A DNA stretch of 64,000 nucleotides from Macrostomum lignano (lineage: Eukaryota), in assembly GCA_002269645.1 (NCBI GenBank), contig NIVC01001081.1, positions 1 to 64,000 on the forward strand, written 5' to 3'. The notes under the pieces were generated by a model. The model was not told where the DNA came from, did not search any database, and saw only the letters and a program-made list of their open reading frames with translations. Below are positions 11,495 to 23,055 of the stretch, in pieces. Made by a program: the position numbers and the translations under genes. Position 1 is the stretch's first letter; each line of letters opens with the position of its first letter.

Positions 11495-14365
11495 ACGCAA
11501 TCGCCGACACCACACCCTACGAGCAGTTTAGCGACCCCCAGCTCAAAGCCATCCTGCAGAGGCACAAAGAAGTCTTCAACGGCATCGGATGCATCAAGGG
11601 AGTAGAGGTCCAGGTCCAGCTGTCCGATGACGCTGTTCCAGTCTGCCAGGCGCCCTCACGTGTGGCGGCGCACCTGAAAGAGGCCGTAGTGGACGAGCTC
11701 AAGGCTTTGGAGGAGCAGGGCATCATTGAGGCAGTCAAAGGTCCCAGCGCCTGGGTGTCACGCATGGTGGTGGTGCCCAAGGGCGACGGTGGCGTCAGAA
11801 TCTGCCAGGACCTCCGTGATCTCAACGCTTTCGTCATCCCAGAGAAGCAGCAAATCCCCACGCTGGACGAAATCACCGAGGAAATGGCAGACGCCAAGCT
11901 GTTCAGCGAACTCGATATCCGGAAGGCTTTTTATCAGATCCCAGTCCACGAGAGCAGCCGTCACCTCTTCACCTTCAGCACACCCTTCGGACTGATGCGG
12001 CTCAAGAGGCTCAGCATGGGGTTCACAAATGCCTCGGAAATCCTTCAACGAGTCATGCTTGGCATCCTCAGCGGCATCGACGGCGTCCGGTGGGCGCACG
12101 ACGACGTGGTGGTGTACGCCTCCAAACTAAAGCAGCACCATGAGAGGCTGGACGCCTGCCTTCAGCGCCTCCGAGAGTTCGGGATCACCCTCAATGAGGA
12201 CAAGTGCAGGTTCGCCCGGCCGACCGTCGAGTTTCTCGGGATGCGCCTGACCGCCCGGGGCATGCAACCGGCCACCGAGAAAATTGACGCCATGCAGAAC
12301 TTCCGAGAGCCCTCCAACGTGGCCGACGTCCACTCTTTCCTGGGAACCGCTAACTTCCTGGCAAAGTTCATCCCGAACTTCGCTGACCTCGCTGCCCCAC
12401 TCCGGCAGCTGACGAAGAAGGGCCACGCCTGGGAGTGGACAGAAAACACACAGCAGCGTTCAACGGCATCAAGAAGGCAATCACAGACGCGGACACGCTG
12501 GCTTTTTCGACCACAGGCTGCACACGGAACTCCTGGTGGACGCATCGCCGATCGGCCTCGGCGCCATCCTCACGCAGCGGCAGCCGGACGGTAGCAGCCG
12601 ACCTGTCGCCTACGCCATCAGAGCCCTCTCGCCGGTGGAGCAGCTGTACGCGCAGATCGAGCGGGAGGCGTTGGCCATCAAATTTGGGTGTCTCAAGTTT
12701 GAGCACTATCTGGCTGGTGACCCAGACTTCACCGTGGTGACGGACCACCGACCGCTCGTGCCGCTTTTCAAGCCTGGCTCCCGTCCGCCACCGAATCCCC
12801 GAGTCGCTGCGCAGGCCGATCCTTCAACTGGCGCACACCGGTCATCTGGGCGCCGACCGCACCCTTAAACGCCTGCAGACGAAGGTGTGGTGGTCTCGGA
12901 TGCGCAGCGACTGCGAGCTCTTCTTCCAGTGCTGCACACTGTGCCAGGCTGCGGCCACCGGATTGCGACAGACACCATTGAGGCCGACAGATATTCCGGA
13001 CGGTGCCTGGCTGCTACTAGGCATGGATTTCTACGGCCCAGTGCAAGGCCAGATGCTCCTGGTCACCACCGACTTGTATTCCAAGTACCCCACCTGCGGA
13101 GGCTGTTCGGCAGGTACGGCGTCCCGATTGAGGTGGTCACCGACAACGGCCCGCCATTCAGCTCGGCAGCTTTCCGCAGCTTCCTCGCCTCGTACGGCAT
13201 TCACCACCGCCTCATCTGCCCGCTGCACCCAGAATCCAGCGGAGCGACGGAGCGAGTCAACCGCAGCATCGGGAAAGTGATTCAGACGGCAGTGGCCGAA
13301 GGTCGTAACTGGCGGGAGGCTAGCGAGGACTGGCTGTTGGCGTTCCGCACGACACCACATCGAGCGACCGGCCGCGCACCCGCTGAGCTACTCATGGGCA
13401 GGACGATGAACGACGGCATCCCGACCATCAAACCATCACAGCTCATCGACGTCAACCATGAAAAGGTGCAGAGCTGGCACAGAAACTATGTCCAAGACAT
13501 GAAGGCGCGGTTCGATGATCGCAAGGGTGTCAAGGAGCACGGCGTCAGAGTCGGCAACAAAGTTCTGCGAAAGAAGCAGCCACGTAACAAACTGCAGCTG
13601 CCGTTCGAGCCACATCCTTGGACAGTCAAGCAGGTCCAGGGAGACACGTGTGTCCTGCAACGCGGCGAACAGTCCTGCATGCGCCACGTCTCGCAGCTGC
13701 GGCCCCGGGTCGGAGAGCCTGCCGGCCAGCCTGCCGGGGAGCCTGCCGGCCAACCTGCCGGAGAGCCTGCCGGCCAGCCTGCCGGGGAGCCTGCCGGCCA
13801 ACCTGCCGGAGAGCCTGCCGGCCAATCTGCCGGAGAGCCTGCCGGCCAACCTGCCGGAGAGCCTGCCGGCCAATCTGCCGGAGAGCCTGCCGGCCAACCT
13901 GCCGGAGAGCCTGCCGGCCAATCTGCCGGAGAGCCTGCCGGCCAATCTGCCGGAGAGCCTGCCGGCCAATCTGCCGGAGAGCCTGCCGGCCAGCCTGCCG
14001 GCCAATCTGCCGGAGAGCCTGCCGGCCAATCTGCCGGAGAGCCTGCCGGCCAATCTGCCGGAGAGCCTGCCGGCCAATCTGCCGGAGAGCCTGCCGGCCA
14101 GCCTGCCGGCCAATCTGCCGGAGAGCCTGCCGGCCAATCTGCCGGCCAATCTGCCGGAGAGCCTGCCGGCCAATCTGCCGGAGAGCCTGCCGGCCAATCT
14201 GCCGGAGAGCCTGCCGACCAATCTGCCGGAGAGCCTGCCGGCCAATCTGCCGGAGAGCCTGCCGGCCAACCTGCCGGTCAGCCCGCAAGTCTACCCAGCG
14301 GTAGCATCGCCACGCGAGAACATCCAAGAGCTGCCCGTAACAGAGTGCTCAGCTACAAATTGTGA
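11495..14365 (+). pseudogene. pol: pol: reverse transcriptase, RNase H and integrase (frameshifted, with deletions)
   Basis: RT: VVPKGDGGVRICQDLRDLN, AHDDVVVY, FLGTANF. RNase H: DASPIGLGAILTQ, EREALAI, TDHRPL. IN: H..GH...C..C, MDFYGP, DNGPPF, SGATERVNR. Confidence 0.93.
13712..14285 (+). repeat. 24-bp GC-rich minisatellite (GGAGAGCCTGCC GGCCAATCTGCC)n inside the integrase tail
   Basis: About 24 units built of two related 12-mers; reads (GEPAGQSA)n in the integrase frame. Confidence 0.95.
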
Positions 14366-14470
14366 CCTAGGGCTCTTGTGCGTGGGCGGGCCGCTTTGAT
14401 TGCCTTGGGTTGTAGCTGAGTAATTGAACTCGTTTTTTTATCCCCTGGGATCTCTCTGGTTGGGGAGAAT

Positions 14471-14693
14471 TGTAGGCGCCTGCTGCCCAGTGCTAGCATG
14501 ATGTGTTTTTTAGTCCTGGTGTGCATTTGCGATGTACATCCAATATTCTTGGCTTTCTGTTTTTAGTGTACGCAGTCTCAACTGCAGGGTCGCTGCTAAA
14601 TATACAAATCGATCGCACAGAGCCTACAATACATTGAGGCTTTTTCGGCTACACACAACACATAACTTTCTCTCTCGCGGCTTCGCTCTCTAC
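14471..14693 (+). repeat. 3' LTR
   Basis: Copy of 9996-10220; the terminal CA is missing and the LTR runs straight into the satellite (ctctc-tactcacacagc). Confidence 0.93.
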
Positions 14694-17600
14694 TCACACA
14701 GCTTGGTCATACTCACACAGCTTGGTCATACTCAGACAGCTTAGTCATACTCACACAGCTTGGTCATACTCACACAGCTTGGTCATACTCACACAGCTTG
14801 GTCATACTCAGACAGCTTAGTCATACTCACACAGCTTGGTCATACTCACACAGCTTGGTCGTACTCACACAGCTTGGTCATACTCATACAGCTTGGTCAT
14901 ACTCACACAGCTTGGTCATACTCATACAGCTTGGTCATACTCACACAGCTTGGTCATACTCACACAGCTTGGTCATACTCGTACAGCTTGGTCATACTCA
15001 TACAGCTTGGTCATACTCACACAGCTTGGTCATACTCGTACAGCTTGGTCATACTCATACAGCTTGGTCATACTCACACAGCTTGGTCATACTCACACAG
15101 CTTGGTCATACTCATACAGCTTGGTCATACTCACACAGCTTGGTCATACTCACACAGCTTGGTCATACTCATACAGCTTGGTCATACTCACACAGCTTGG
15201 TCATACTCATACAGCTTGGTCATACTCACACAGCTTGGTCATACTCACACAGCTTGGTCATACTCACACAGCTTGGTCATACTCATACAGCTTGGTCATA
15301 CTCACACAGCTTGGTCATACTCATACAGCTTGGTCATACTCATACAGCTTGGTCATACTCACACAGCTTGAATTGGTCGTACTCACACAGCTTGGTCATA
15401 CTCACACAGCTTGGTCATACTCGTACAGCTTGGTCATACTCATACAGCTTGGTCATACTCACACAGCTTGGTCATACTCATACAGCTTGGTCATACTCAC
15501 ACAGCTTGGTCATACTCACACAGCTTGGTCATACTCACACAGCTTGGTCATACTCATACAGCTTGGTCATACTCACACAGCTTGGTCATACTCGTACAGC
15601 TTGGTCATACTCACACAGCTTGGTCATACTCACACAGCTTGGTCATACTCATACAGCTTGGTCATACTCACACAGCTTGGTCATACTCACACAGCTTGGT
15701 CATACTCATACAGCTTGGTCATACTCACACAGCTTGAATTGGTCGTACTCACACAGCTTGGTCATACTCACACAGCTTGGTCATACTCATACAGCTTGGT
15801 CATACTCACACAGCTTGAATTGGTCGTACTCACACAGCTTGAATTGGTCGTACTCACACAGCTTGGTCATACTCACACAGCTTGGTCATACTCACACAGC
15901 TTAGTCATACTCATACAGCTTGGTCATACTCATACAGCTTGGTCATACTCACACAGCTTGAATTGGTCGTGCTCACACAGCTTGGTCATACTCACACAGC
16001 TTGGTCATACTCACACAGCTTGGTCATACTCACACAGCTTGGTCATACTCACACAGCTTGGTCATACTCATACAGCTTGGTCATACTCATACAGCTTGGT
16101 CATACTCACACAGCTTGGTCATACTCACACAGCTTGGTCATACTCACACAGCTTGGTCATACTCACACAGCTTGGTCATACTTATACAGCTTGGTCATAC
16201 TCATACAGCTTGGTCATACTCACACAGCTTGAATTGGTCGTACTCACACAGCTTGGTCATACTCACACAGCTTGGTCATACTCGTACAGCTTGGTCATAC
16301 TCATACAGCTTGGTCATAATCACACAGCTTGGTCATACTCATACAGCTTGGTCATACTCACACAGCTTGGTCATACTCACACAGCTTGGTCATACTCATA
16401 CAGCTTGGTCATACTCGTACAGCTTGGTCATACTCATACAGCTTGGTCATACTCATACAGCTTGGTCATACTCACACAGCTTGGTCATACTCACACAGCT
16501 TGGTCATACTCATACAGCTTGGTCATACTCACACAGCTTGGTCATACTCATACAGCTTGGTCATACTCACACAGCTTGGTCATACTCATACAGCTTGGTC
16601 ATAGTCATACAGCTTGGTCATACTCACACAGCTTGGTCATACTCACACAGCTTGGTCATACTCATACAGCTTGGTCATACTCACACAGCTTGGTCATACT
16701 CACACAGCTTGGTCATACTCATACAGCTTGGTCATACTCATACAGCTTGGTCATACTCACACAGCTTGGTCATACTCATACAGCTTGGTCATACTCACAC
16801 AGCTTGGTCATACTCATACAGCTTGGTCATACTCACACAGCTTGAATTGGTCGTACTCACACAGCTTGGTCATACTCACACAGCTTGGTCATACTCACAC
16901 AGCTTGGTCATACTCATACAGCTTGGTCATACTCATACAGCTTGGTCATACTCATACAGCTTGAATTGGTCGTACTCACACAGCTTGGTCATACTCACAC
17001 AGCTTGGTCATACTCACACAGCTTGGTCATACTCACACAGCTTGGTCATACTTATACAGCTTGGTCATACTCATACAGCTTGGTCATACTCACACAGCTT
17101 GAATTGGTCGTACTCACACAGCTTGGTCATACTCACACAGCTTGGTCATACTCGTACAGCTTGGTCATACTCATACAGCTTGGTCATAATCACACAGCTT
17201 GGTCATACTCATACAGCTTGGTCATACTCACACAGCTTGGTCATACTCACACAGCTTGGTCATACTCATACAGCTTGGTCATACTCGTACAGCTTGGTCA
17301 TACTCATACAGCTTGGTCATACTCATACAGCTTGGTCATACTCACACAGCTTGGTCATACTCACACAGCTTGGTCATACTCATACAGCTTGGTCATACTC
17401 ACACAGCTTGGTCATACTCATACAGCTTGGTCATACTCACACAGCTTGGTCATACTCATACAGCTTGGTCATAGTCATACAGCTTGGTCATACTCACACA
17501 GCTTGGTCATACTCACACAGCTTGGTCATACTCATACAGCTTGGTCATACTCACACAGCTTGGTCATACTCACACAGCTTGGTCATACTCATACAGCTTG

Positions 17601-19142
17601 GTCATACTCATACAGCTTGGTCATACTCACACAGCTTGGTCATACTCATACAGCTTGGTCATACTCACACAGCTTGGTCATACTCATACAGCTTGGTCAT
17701 ACTCACACAGCTTGAATTGGTCGTACTCACACAGCTTGGTCATACTCACACAGCTTGGTCATACTCACACAGCTTGGTCATACTCATACAGCTTGGTCAT
17801 ACTCATACAGCTTGGTCATACTCACACAGCTTGGTCATACTCATACAGCTTGAATTGGTCGTACTCACACAGCTTGGTCATACTCACACAGCTTGGTCAT
17901 ACTCACACAGCTTGGTCATACTCACACAGCTTGGTCATACTCATACAGCTTGGTCATACTCATACAGCTTGGTCATACTCACACAGCTTGGTCATACTCA
18001 CACAGCTTGGTCATACTCATACAGCTTGGTCATACTTATACAGCTTGGTCATACTCATACAGCTTGGTCATACTCACACAGCTTGAATTGGTCGTACTCA
18101 CACAGCTTGGTCATACTCACACAGCTTGGTCATACTCGTACAGCTTGGTCATACTCATACAGCTTGGTCATACTCACACAGCTTGGTCATACTCATACAG
18201 CTTGGTCATACTCACACAGCTTGGTCATACTCACACAGCTTGGTCATACTCATACAGCTTGGTCATACTCACACAGCTTGGTCATACTCATACAGCTTGG
18301 TCATAGTCATACAGCTTGGTCATACTCACACAGCTTGGTCATACTCATACAGCTTGGTCATACTCACACAGCTTGGTCATACTCACACAGCTTGGTCATA
18401 CTCATACAGCTTGGTCATACTCATACAGCTTGGTCATACTCACACAGCTTGGTCATACTCATACAGCTTGGTCATACTCACACAGCTTGGTCATACTCAT
18501 ACAGCTTGGTCATAGTCATACAGCTTGGTCATACTCACACAGCTTGGTCATACTCACACAGCTTGGTCATACTCATACAGCTTGGTCATACTCACACAGC
18601 TTGGTCATACTCACACAGCTTGGTCATACTCATACAGCTTGGTCATACTCATACAGCTTGGTCATACTCACACAGCTTGGTCATACTCATACAGCTTGGT
18701 CATACTCACACAGCTTGGTCATACTCATACAGCTTGGTCATACTCACACAGCTTGAATTGGTCGTACTCACACAGCTTGGTCATACTCACACAGCTTGGT
18801 CATACTCACACAGCTTGGTCATACTCATACAGCTTGGTCATACTCATACAGCTTGGTCATACTCACACAGCTTGGTCATACTCATACAGCTTGAATTGGT
18901 CGTACTCACACAGCTTGGTCATACTCACACAGCTTGGTCATACTCATACAGCTTGGTCATACTCACACAGCTTGGTCATACTCATACAGCTTGGTCATAC
19001 TCATACAGCTTGGTCATACTCACACAGCTTGGTCATACTCACACAGCTTGGTCATACTCATACAGCTTGGTCATACTTATACAGCTTGGTCATACTCATA
19101 CAGCTTGGTCATACTCGTACAGCTTGGTCATACTCATACAGA
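14691..19142. repeat. 19-bp satellite (CAGCTTGGTCATACTCAYA)n, about 230 units, with a 24-bp variant (CAGCTTGAATTGGTCGTACTCACA) and higher-order periodicity
   Basis: Read directly; rare variants recur at 870-bp spacing (cataat at ~16320 and ~17190; atagtc at 16601 and 17471). Confidence 0.98.
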
Positions 19143-19761
19143 GATTAGATTTTTTGAAAAACATGTTTTTTGCAAAGGTCAAGCAGCATTTTTGACTACA
19201 TGTATGAATGAATTTTGTGATCATCGTGGAGCAATCGGTCGTTTGGTCGATTACCGGTGCGCCAAATTCAGATATTTTTGCCGTAGATCGACTTGAGAAA
19301 TCCCTCCCGTTTGATTTGAGACTTCATGTTACAGCTAAAACATATATCATGTAGCGATATACATGTAGTACGTTCCTTACTAAAATGTTTCTGCGGGTGA
19401 AAATTTAATTTTATCAACAGCAGAAAAGTATTGCTCAAGCAATAACTAGCTATAGTAAAACTGACCAACTGCAATCAATTTTGCCCGCGGAAAAATATCA
19501 CTTATAATTTAGCTGTCTAGGCCAAGTCTGCTCAGTCATGACCAGAGTTTCAGCCACAGACAACTCTTTGAAAACTGCAATCAATTTTGCCAAAACGTGG
19601 AGTACCTGAAGCGTGGAGTAGCGACCAGAAGAAAAGACTGCGTCTGCGCGACGGACTAAGAGATGTACATTATAAGCACCTGGCAAAAATGAATAAAGAA
19701 CTTTGCTCCAACCCTCAACGCGCAATGTGCCATTCTAGCGAGTCATTGTGCGAGCTGGTCT

Positions 19762-19982
19762 GTGTTGATCCTACGCACACGTGTTGATCCTACGCACACG
19801 TGTTGATCCTACGCACACGTGTTGATCCTACGCACACGTGTTGATCCTACGCACACGTGTTGATCCTACGCACACGTGTTTATCCTACGCACACGTGTTG
19901 ATCCTACGCACACGTGTTGATCCTACGCACACGTGTTTATCCTACGCACACGTGTTGATCCTACGCACACGTGTTGATCCTA
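19762..19982. repeat. 19-bp minisatellite (GTGTTGATCCTACGCACAC)n, about 11 units
   Basis: Near-perfect tandem; unit junctions create CACGTG. Confidence 0.95.
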
Positions 19983-20896
19983 TGCCAAAAATGGCACAGC
20001 TCGGCTCATTGGTTTTATAAATTTATTTTATCATTCTTAGCCTACTGTGTAACTGAATTTTCAAGCATTGGAATTTTTCGGTAAAACCTGCCTCTTAAAA
20101 TTTTCCAAGTGTTGTTTTCCGTCAGCTTCTACTTGAGTGGCAAAAAGTCGGCTGAATATTGCGGCTTTAGCATGCGCCGACAGCAGAAACTGAAAGGCAG
20201 CTGAGCACACAATTATATATCCCGCTCGTCTAAAAAAACCTCCAGAAATTCCCTGGCAGGAAAAAAGACGAGCGGCTGTGGACAGAGGAGTGCATTCAGT
20301 GTTTATTAGTTTATAGCGGGAACTGAGACCTGTTTGAGTTGTCTTGAGTGCAACGTCAGTAGCAGTGAAAGATTCAAGACTCAGTTTTTAAAAGCAGTTG
20401 AGTTCAACCGAATTTCAAGAAGAAAACAGCAAAAAATGTATTAAAGAAAATTATGGTAATGAGAGTAGTAGTAGTAATGGGAAGATGAGTTAGATTAAGA
20501 GTTACTTATTAACTCTGAAGCCATACACTACTTATAATGATCTCATTGCAAGTAGTATAATGCGAATAATCTTGAGTTAACTATTCTGTAAAATCCGGTT
20601 TGAAATTGTGAAATAACATATAGAGTTTATTGGAAAAAGAAATGAAACTGTGGGAATTCGTTAATTTCAAAACAGGGAACTTAAAATCAAACCCTAACCC
20701 GACTACTGTGCCAGTAACTAAAGATTCTCTTTACCTGCTGTAGTCTACTAATCACTACCATTACAGCTTCTAGGACACTATAGCCTTCTGTCCCAGAATA
20801 TAAGCGTCAAGGTTCACAAGAATAAGCTGTATTATCAACCAGTGACCGTCCGAGTTAAAACTCGACACGACAGTTCAACCAGCTGTTGCAGTGGCA

Positions 20897-22254
20897 TCAG
20901 GCGCCCGAGTCGCAGGCGGCCGACTCCAGCAGGACGGACACGAAGCCGTGGTCGCCGGTCCAGTTGCCGCCGAATACGCAGCCGCCCCAGCAGAAGGAGC
21001 CGCCGCCGCCGCCGCTCTGGCCGTAGCCCAGTCCGGCTCCCCGCCGCTGAAGCCGCCGCCTGCCCCAGCGGTGCCTTTCACTGAGCTGGTCCTGCTGCCG
21101 CCTCCGCCGCCTCCGCCGAAGCCGCCATCGCAGACGCTGCCGTCTCCGGCGTTGCCGCCAACCCAGCGATCGGCCAGACTGCCGCCTCTCTCTCCATCCA
21201 CGGAGCTCCGTCTGGGGCTGACGGCCCTGCCAAGCCAGCCGGCGCCGCAGCCGCCGTGGTTACTTTCGCTTGGGGTGCTAGCGGGGTTGTTGGAGCCCGG
21301 CTGACCGTTGGTGCCGCCGAAGCCCGTGTGTTCGACGTTCCCCACACTGTCTGAGCCGTTGACCCCAGTCTCTCCCGGTCTTCCTAAGGTTTAAATCAAT
21401 CAAACTGCTGATCCAAGTGGTTGTCTAGTTTCATAATTTATCATTTTCAAGCATCTGCAGCTACCGAGCTCACCATCTTTATTGAAGCAAGCCCCGCCGC
21501 CTCCGCCGGCAGCCAGCAGCAACAGCTGGTCGCCCATCCGGTACACAAAGCTGCCTCCGCCTCCGCCTCCTCCTTCAAACTCGAGGGGGGTCGAGCCGCC
21601 CATCTGGCCCACAACGATGCTCAGCTGGGTGCCGGCTGTCAGGTTGACCCTGGCACTCACCTGAGCTCCCTGACCTCCGGATGTGTTCGTCAGTAAGTTT
21701 CCGCCACCTCTGGCGCCGGCAGCTTTGATCAGGTAGCAGCCGGTTGTGTTGATGAGGACGCTTTGGATTGAGCCGTTTCTGCCTGTGCTGCTGTCTGCAA
21801 TGGGACAGCGTCAACGAGGTACAAAATTGGAGTGAGTGCACGACAATGTATTGATGACTCACTCAGAAGCTGCACTGCAGGCAAAGGCCAGTCGCTGTCA
21901 TCCGCCTTCCACACCTTCGCACCGACCTGAGAACCGATGACTTGCTGCACCTGATTTGCTGAGATTGACAGCTTGGCGGTTGCTATGGTGACCAACTCGC
22001 ACGTAGCATTGCTCTCCACCGAGACGGCAGCGCTGCAGCCCACCCTCTGGCACCTTTCTAGACAGTCGGTTACATCAGTCGCCTCGGTTATTGTCGTGAC
22101 GTTGTTGTAGTCGTTCAGAATGGCTTCCAGCATCTGCAGCTGCTGCTCTGAGCACGAAGAATAGATCCGCAAACTGGTGCCTTGTGCTCGAAGCACGAGA
22201 GAGCAGCAAACTGCGTTGGAGCAATGCGCGGTCAATGATAAATAGCAAATGCAT
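20897..22254 (-). CDS. PAN/apple-domain + ALK/LTK-type glycine-rich domain protein, probably secreted; no kinase or TM segment
   Basis: Exons (minus): ~22254/22235-21863, 21794-21474, 21383-20897, joined by GT-AG introns of 68 and 90 bp in compatible phase. Exon 1: DCLERCQRVGCSAAVSVESNATCEL (PAN-type Cys spacing). Exons 2-3: GSIQSVLINTTGCYLIKAAGARGG...LSIVVGQMGG...GGGGGGGSFVY...LLLAAGGGGG...GGGFSGG...SGGGGGSF...GDHGFVSV*. One 1-bp deletion at ~21039-21042 must be assumed. The start codon is unresolved: the ATG at 22254 is out of frame by 1. Confidence 0.8.
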
Positions 22255-22539
22255 TGAATAACTTTGAGCAGCGGTATTCAAGTCAGAGTGGGAGCTGTCC
22301 ACTTACCGAATAAGGAAAGTAATTTTAAAGACAAAAATGTATCAATCATGGTTCCAGCGGGAGCTTTGATTGTCAGGCTTCAATTTCTTGCGATTCTTCT
22401 TGCACAAAAGGCTTGAGAGACAGCTAGTTTACCTGTCTTTTCACAACTGAAATCCTAAATAAATTACTCATATGTCAGAGTGCGTTTGCTTCTACTTGTT
22501 TCTGGGAGCTGCTTCAGAAAAGACGCTTGCTAGAGAGAT

Positions 22540-22880
22540 GTGAAAGAAAGTCTGAGCAGAGGCCGCCGTTTTGCAGCCAATCCCAGACACCTGTCCTCGT
22601 GGCTCAAGATTTTTGTCTATCGATGATTCTTGAGCTTGTACTGCTGGAGTTCCTCGGACTCCTGAACACGGTACAAGCGCGCGAGTACTGTACGCAGGCA
22701 CAAACTCATGTGTACAGCGGCCCTGACTTTCCAATGGCCAGGCATGTACAATCGCTGTGGTTTGAGGCTTGGCCTTGGTTGTAATTGGTTGTGCCCAAGT
22801 CCCAAATTAATGTGACTGCGAGCGGAATCGAACCAGGGTTCGTGGCGGGGTTCGTCGCGCGAGAGCCAGAGCTACTCTTT
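22540..22880 (-). mobile_element. Possible tRNA-derived SINE
   Basis: Pol III B-box GGTTCGATTC on the minus strand at 22825-22834; boundaries uncertain. Confidence 0.35.
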
Positions 22881-23055
22881 GAAATAAAAACTTAGCATAC
22901 CTAATTAACTAACATCTAGAAGGGCTGGCATCTTCCAATACGATTGCTCTTAATACCATCTCCTCCCTATCAATTTTCAATACGCATTCTTCAAACCTCA
23001 TTTAATTTGCTACTCAAAGACCAGCTGATCCCCACAGCTTTGAACCGTCAGTGCA

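Larger units (their letters stand above)
9996..14693 (+). mobile_element. Gypsy/Ty3 LTR retrotransposon with both LTRs; coding region decayed
   Basis: Direct repeats 9996-10220 (TG...CA) and 14471-14693; PBS-like TGGCG at 10222; purine tract GGGGAGAA just before the 3' LTR; domain order gag-PR-RT-RNaseH-IN. Several frameshifts, a stop at 11492-11494 and internal deletions. Confidence 0.96.

Noticed and set aside
14691-19142. CRISPR-like appearance of regular short repeats (also 41343-41985 and 61810-62540)
   Set aside because: Head-to-tail units with no unique spacers, no cas genes, and a eukaryotic context.
14760-19296. Very long ORFs (up to 1064 aa) of LGHTHTAWSYSHSLVIL repeats
   Set aside because: Translation of a stop-free 19-bp satellite cycling through frames; no coding signal.
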